22,363 bases of DNA from a bacterium. GTDB taxonomy: Bacteria > Hinthialibacterota > Hinthialibacteria > Hinthialibacterales > Hinthialibacteraceae. The translations under genes were made by a program, and so were the position numbers. The notes beneath the pieces are model-generated. The model was given only the letters and a program-made list of their open reading frames with translations. It was not told where the DNA came from and searched no databases. Location: NCBI GenBank assembly GCA_041946805.1, contig JBHGBC010000096.1:1-22363 (forward strand), given 5' to 3'. Positions 18,520 to 22,363 of this stretch are shown piece after piece (position 1 is the stretch's first letter; each line of letters begins with the position of its first letter).

Positions 18520-18693
18520 TTTTCTCTGCGGTGTTGGTGATGCAGACGGTGTTCAAAGGCGATAGCGAACACTCGGGATCTCAATCTCGGCGGGATGCCA
18601 GGCCCCGGAACGGGGAAGGTTGAAGGCGGAGTCAGGGATCCCACCTGTTCAGGCAGGTCTTTTCCAAACCCTCTCACACGGCATTCGCGGAGT
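18520..18693 (+). ncRNA. ssrS: 6S RNA
   Basis: About 175 nt. Closing stem ctctgcggtgttggtg / cacacggcattcgcggag, with ends resembling known 6S termini. Inner stem gggatctc / gggatccc, 5' bubble hairpin gtgttc..gaacac, 3' bubble motif cccacctg..caggt. Flanked by a promoter and a terminator. Confidence 0.8.
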
Positions 18694-18698
18694 ATGGT

Positions 18699-18728
18699 AA
18701 AAGCGGCTCATGCGCATGGGCCGCTTTT
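18699..18728 (+). terminator. Rho-independent terminator after the 6S RNA (possibly bidirectional)
   Basis: aaaagcggctcatg-cg-catgggccgctttt followed by cattt. Confidence 0.75.
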
Positions 18729-18794
18729 CATTTCGGCCCGCATCCTGTACGATGTAGGGCATCGGTTTGACTTGCCGCGGGAGGTATGAAAACG

Positions 18795-19397
18795 ATGACG
18801 CATGGAAAACGATTGTGGATGGCCGTGGCGGGATTCGCGCTGCTCCTGCCCCTTGCCGCGCAGCCTCAGTCCGATCCCAAAATCGGGAAGAACATCGAGG
18901 CCCTGCTCCAACAGATTCTGCAAAATCAAGAGCAGATGCGGGCCGACATCGAGATGCTCAAGCAAAAGCTCGCCGTCAAGGACGAGGAAATCGCCACGCT
19001 GCGCAAAACGGTCCAGCAGCAACAGGAAACCGTGCAGGAACAGGCCAAGGTGATCGAGAAACAAGCGGAAACGGTGGCCTCCGGCGGGGGTGACCTCTAC
19101 GGCGCGCGCGTGCAGTATGAAACGGCCCGCCAACTGATGCACGATACCATTTTCAAGGTCCGCAAGGGCGAGCAGAAACCCTGGTTCGAACGCACCATCG
19201 CGGAGTTCCGCAAGGTCGTCGACAACTACCCCAACGCGCCCGAGGCTCCCGAGGCCCAGATCCGCATCGCCCGGATTTACCGGCGCTACCTCGACAATAC
19301 CGCCCAGGCCATCGAGGAATATCAGAAAATGGTCGAAAAATTCCCCGACAACGAGTATGTGGAAGAAGCCCAAAAAGCACTGGGCGACTTGAAATAG
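18795..19397 (+). CDS. Exported coiled-coil plus TPR-like protein (CpoB/YbgF/BamD-like architecture)
   Basis: Signal peptide; heptad-rich Q/E/K segment; IAEFRKVVDNYPNAPEAPEAQIRIARIY..AIEEYQKMVEKFPDNEYVEEAQKAL. SD ggaggt spacing favours ATG 18795 over 18786. Confidence 0.75.
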   Translation: MTHGKRLWMAVAGFALLLPLAAQPQSDPKIGKNIEALLQQILQNQEQMRADIEMLKQKLAVKDEEIATLRKTVQQQQETVQEQAKVIEKQAETVASGGGDLYGARVQYETARQLMHDTIFKVRKGEQKPWFERTIAEFRKVVDNYPNAPEAPEAQIRIARIYRRYLDNTAQAIEEYQKMVEKFPDNEYVEEAQKALGDLK

Positions 19398-19424
19398 GGG
19401 GGGAGGCAGAAGAAGAAGCGAGTT

Positions 19425-19460
19425 TGATGGGTTTCGCGCTGGCGCGCTAACCCATCCTAC
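19425..19460 (-). repeat. GTAG-type REP, family B copy 1
   Basis: Reverse complement GTAGgatgggttagcgcgccagcgcgaaacccatca: GTAG tetranucleotide followed by an imperfect hairpin. Confidence 0.75.
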
Positions 19461-19467
19461 GTTTCAA

Positions 19468-19501
19468 CTCCCTCCTAACCTCCCCCAATCTTTGGGGGAG
19501 G
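19468..19501 (-). repeat. Repeat family A-related variant
   Basis: ctccctcctaacctcccccaatctttgggggagg (hairpin cctccccca..tgggggagg plus purine tail). Confidence 0.6.
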
Positions 19502-19522
19502 AAGCATAGGGCCCTAGGGCAT

Positions 19523-19544
19523 GCAGGCGGGAAGCCGGCGCTAC
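19523..19544 (-). repeat. GTAG-type REP, family C
   Basis: Reverse complement GTAGcgccggcttcccgcctgc. Confidence 0.5.
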
Positions 19545-19550
19545 AATACC

Positions 19551-19584
19551 CCCTCACCCTGGCCCTCTCCCGGGGGGAGAGGGG
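19551..19584 (-). repeat. Repeat family A, copy 6
   Basis: ccctcaccctggccctctcccggggggagagggg. Confidence 0.85.
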
Positions 19585-19612
19585 AGATGAAGAGAAGGGG
19601 CGTCTGGATGGG

Positions 19613-19643
19613 TGATGGGTTACGCTTCGCTAATCCATCCTAT
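19613..19643 (-). repeat. REP family B copy 2
   Basis: tgatgggttacgcttcgctaatccatcctat, homologous to 19425-19460. Confidence 0.75.
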
Positions 19644-19744
19644 TTTTTACCTTTCATTTCCCAGGCTCTGTAGAGTTTTCGTAATACATGATTCCACCGA
19701 ATTCAGTACTGTGATTCAAGCGCCGGCGGCGCGCCTGAAACTGG

Positions 19745-19763
19745 CCCAGGGCAACTCCCTGGG
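19745..19763. repeat. Short palindrome of CCCAGGGCAACGCCCTGGG type
   Basis: cccaggg-caact-ccctggg. Confidence 0.5.
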
Positions 19764-19787
19764 AACTGGACGATAAAAGTAATCATT

Positions 19788-19823
19788 CCCTCTCCCATTG
19801 GGGGGAGAGGGCTAGGGTGAGGG
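19788..19823 (+). repeat. Repeat family A, copy 7
   Basis: ccctctcccattggggggagagggctagggtgaggg. Confidence 0.85.
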
Positions 19824-19894
19824 AAGCCTTGAACGGGTGACATACAGATCAGGCGTACAATCGGCTTTCTCTTACCGAATCAACCGGCTTTCCC

Positions 19895-21187
19895 ATGATC
19901 CATAACTTGGCCATTGTCACCACCGAAGCGCTTCCCTGTTTCACCACGCCGTGCGCGGGGGGTGGAGTGCGGATCTGGGGCATCGGCGAGGCCTTGCGCC
20001 GGCGGAACGTTCCTTGCACCTATTTTTTGCGGGAAGGAACGCCGGGACTGTCCCATCCACCCGCCGGCCTTCCTCTGCGGATCTACAAGCCCGAACGGCT
20101 GCGGGAGGAAATCCGGGACGCGGGTTGTGACGCGGCCCTCTTCGAACAATGGCAGCCGCTCACGTTTCTTTCTGAATCCCTGGCCATTCCGGTGATCGCC
20201 GATTTGCCCGGCCCGCTCGCGCTCGAGTATTACTGGCGCGATCCCGCGGATTTTTATCAGCACATCGTCGATAAAGTCGAATGCCTGGCGCGGGCCGATT
20301 ATTTTCTCTGCGCGCACGAACGCCAGTGGGGCTACTACATGGCCTGGCTGACTTGGGCGGGCGTATCCCCCGAGGACCATGGCCGCCTGGCGGTGCTGCC
20401 GTTCCTCTTGCACGAAATGCCCGTGTCGCGGCAAGGCCATGTGGAGGATGAACCGCTCTTCTTTTGGGGCGGACTCTTCTGGCCCTGGCACGACCGCGCC
20501 CAGGCTTTTCAGGTTTTGGTGGAAACCGTGAGCCGGCTGCGGCAAGGGCAAATCGTCGTGGCGGGCAGCGAAGGCGAGGATTCTTTGCGAGATAGGCAAG
20601 GGAACACGTACAACCCGCATCCCCATGTCTCGTGGCTGGGATCCCTGCCGTTTTCGGAATACGTGATCGAACTGAAACGCGCCACGGTGGCCGTCGATAT
20701 CGGACGTCCCACCGCCGAGCGCTGTCTCTCCTCCGACCTTCGCACGGGAACCGCCTTGTGGGCGGGAACGCCCTGCATCGTGACGCCCGAATCTCCCTGG
20801 GCCGATTGGATCGAGAAACACAACGCCGGTTGGATCGTCCCCTATCACGATACCCGGCAGCTGGCCCGGCTGATCGAGGAAATTGCCCTGGAGCGGGGGG
20901 ACATCAAGGCCAAGCGGCGCGGCGCGATTGAAATCTCCCGGTCGATCTCGGATGAATCCCACCTAGATCCCCTGTCCCGTTGGCTGGAAAACTCATCCAA
21001 GCGCGGTCCTTCCGCCACCTTCTTCACGGCCCGCGAGGCCGACCGCGAACACCGGGTGCGGGACATGCGGCGGGAAATCGACCGCCTGCGCCACGAAAGC
21101 GACTCGCTTCGCCACGACCTGGAGGCGATCCGCTCCCAGCCCTTGTTCCGGCTGTACAAACGGTTGATGGGATGGCGTAAGAAATAA
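19895..21187 (+). CDS. GT-B fold (GT4-like) glycosyltransferase with C-terminal coiled coil
   Basis: GGGVRIWGIGEAL, ADYFLCAHERQ, WGGLFWPWHD, VSWLGSLP, ALWAGTPCIVT, IEKHNAGWIVPYHDTRQLARLI; heptad tail. Confidence 0.75.
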   Translation: MIHNLAIVTTEALPCFTTPCAGGGVRIWGIGEALRRRNVPCTYFLREGTPGLSHPPAGLPLRIYKPERLREEIRDAGCDAALFEQWQPLTFLSESLAIPVIADLPGPLALEYYWRDPADFYQHIVDKVECLARADYFLCAHERQWGYYMAWLTWAGVSPEDHGRLAVLPFLLHEMPVSRQGHVEDEPLFFWGGLFWPWHDRAQAFQVLVETVSRLRQGQIVVAGSEGEDSLRDRQGNTYNPHPHVSWLGSLPFSEYVIELKRATVAVDIGRPTAERCLSSDLRTGTALWAGTPCIVTPESPWADWIEKHNAGWIVPYHDTRQLARLIEEIALERGDIKAKRRGAIEISRSISDESHLDPLSRWLENSSKRGPSATFFTAREADREHRVRDMRREIDRLRHESDSLRHDLEAIRSQPLFRLYKRLMGWRKK

Positions 21188-21193
21188 ACCATT

Positions 21194-21222
21194 TTGATCT
21201 TCCCTCTTTCCCCGCCTACAAT
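21194..21222 (+). promoter_or_regulatory. Putative sigma70 promoter of the hemerythrin gene
   Basis: TTGATC, 17-nt spacer, TACAAT. Confidence 0.6.
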
Positions 21223-21290
21223 GAAATCAGCAGCTCAGGATCTCCCTCCTGGTTCAATTTGATTTCAACCCATTCAAAGGAGTTGGAAAA

Positions 21291-22014
21291 ATGGACGAAT
21301 CGAGGGTAACTCGTTGGGGCCGGAGAGAATTATTGTGGAAAGTCGGGGGCTGTGGTTCCCGCGGCCGCGTGGGCGGGATGGATCGCCTCGCCCATGGCGG
21401 CTCCCGCCGCCGAATCCGAAGAACACGAAGAAGGGATGATCTCTCCCGCGGAAGACCTGATGCGCGAGCACGGCGTGCTCAACCGCGTCCTGCTGATCTA
21501 CGAGGAAATCACCGCCCGCATCCGTGACAACCAGGATTATCCCCCCGAGGTGCTGGCCAAGGCCGCGGGGCTGGTACGGAAATTCGTGGAAGATTATCAC
21601 GAAAAACTGGAAGAAGAGCACCTCTTCCCGCGCTTCGAAAAGGCCAATAAATTGGTGGATCTGGTGGCGGTTTTGCGCGATCAGCACAAGGCGGGCCGCG
21701 TTCTGACCGACGCCATCCTGGCCCAGGGTTCCATCGTACCGAAAGAGGCAGAGGCACGCCGGGCCTTGACGCGCCGCCTGCGCTTGATCATCCGCCTGTA
21801 CCGCCCGCATGAAGCGCGCGAGGACACGGTGCTCTTTCCCGCCCTCCGCGCGATCGTCCCGCCCCACGAGTACGGCGCGCTGGGGGAGGAATTCGAGGAC
21901 AAGGAACATGAACTCTTCGGCGAGGGCGGCTTCGAGGAGATCACCGCCTCCGTCGCCGGACTGGAGAAGCAACTGGGCATCGACGATCTGGCCCGGTACA
22001 CGCCGAAGGAGTGA
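21291..22014 (+). CDS. Hemerythrin-domain protein with Tat signal, interrupted by an apparent +1 frameshift at a G5 run (21345-21349)
   Basis: Body frame (21352-22014) has LMREHGVL, YHEKLEEEHLFP, QHKAGR and HEAREDTVLFP. ATG 21291 with SD aaggag gives GRRELL in a different frame. Confidence 0.8.
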
Positions 22015-22063
22015 CGCGCCGTGGGTATTGAATAAAGATTACTGGATTCGCGGCTTACTGGAT

Positions 22064-22363
22064 TCACGGCCCGCGTTTGACCTCCGGCTGGTCCTTATCA
22101 ATACCAAAGACTTCCCAGAGCGGAATCTCGATGCCTTCCAATGATTTCAAGGGAAGGGACTGGCGGGCGTCAAACATTTCACCGGCACTGAATTGCCGGT
22201 TGTCTCCCAAGACGTAGCGTTCCGCGAATTGGGCCGCCGCCTCGATCACGATGTACTCCCGCACGCCGGATTTTTCATAGAGCCGCTTCTTTGCCCATCG
22301 GTCTTTTTTGGCCGTGGCGGGGCTGAGGACTTCGATCACCAAGTCGGGCGCGCCCTGGATGTT
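22064..22363 (-). CDS. Uma2 family (PD-(D/E)XK) endonuclease, 5'-truncated by the window edge
   Basis: NIQGAPDLVIEVLSPATAKKDRWAKKRLYEKSGVREYIVI. Confidence 0.92.
   Translation of the reverse strand, partial: NIQGAPDLVIEVLSPATAKKDRWAKKRLYEKSGVREYIVIEAAAQFAERYVLGDNRQFSAGEMFDARQSLPLKSLEGIEIPLWEVFGIDKDQPEVKRGP

Noticed and set aside
19425..19823. Possible CRISPR array
   Set aside because: The repeats are heterogeneous, in mixed orientation and irregularly spaced, and there are no cas genes; they fit REP-like elements better.
19880..20962. 360-aa minus-strand ORF
   Set aside because: Antisense to the glycosyltransferase; no motifs.
22064..22363. Uma2 nuclease as an anti-phage defence island
   Set aside because: Uma2 genes are commonly scattered singletons; no partner defence genes are visible and the gene is truncated.

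Overview
GC-rich bacterial chromosomal segment, mostly metabolic and cell-envelope genes. No CRISPR array, rRNA, tRNA or intact IS was seen. In order: a 5'-truncated GH129/GH101-like (DUF5696-type) glycoside hydrolase, a Tat-exported Gfo/Idh/MocA oxidoreductase, a SAM methyltransferase, a degenerate CPBP/CAAX protein, an SDR, an EcsC-domain fusion protein, Nif3/YqfO, an M16 peptidase, a short glucose-1-P thymidylyltransferase plus rfbB, and a GH57 branching enzyme. Next comes a minus-strand trio of exported proteins, then a divergent 6S RNA with promoter and terminator, a CpoB-like coiled-coil/TPR protein, a GT-B glycosyltransferase, a frameshifted Tat-hemerythrin and a 5'-truncated Uma2 nuclease. 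The most unusual element is the trio at 15562-18294. It has an orphan phage tail-tube (T4 gp19/Afp1-like) protein with an N-terminal signal peptide and no sheath, baseplate or phage genes in the window. Downstream lie a secreted six-repeat beta-propeller-like protein and a DNRLRE protein, and these two end in a similar aromatic C-terminal motif. Intergenic regions hold several families of short palindromic REP-like repeats. All calls come from motif recognition by eye; no database searches were run.
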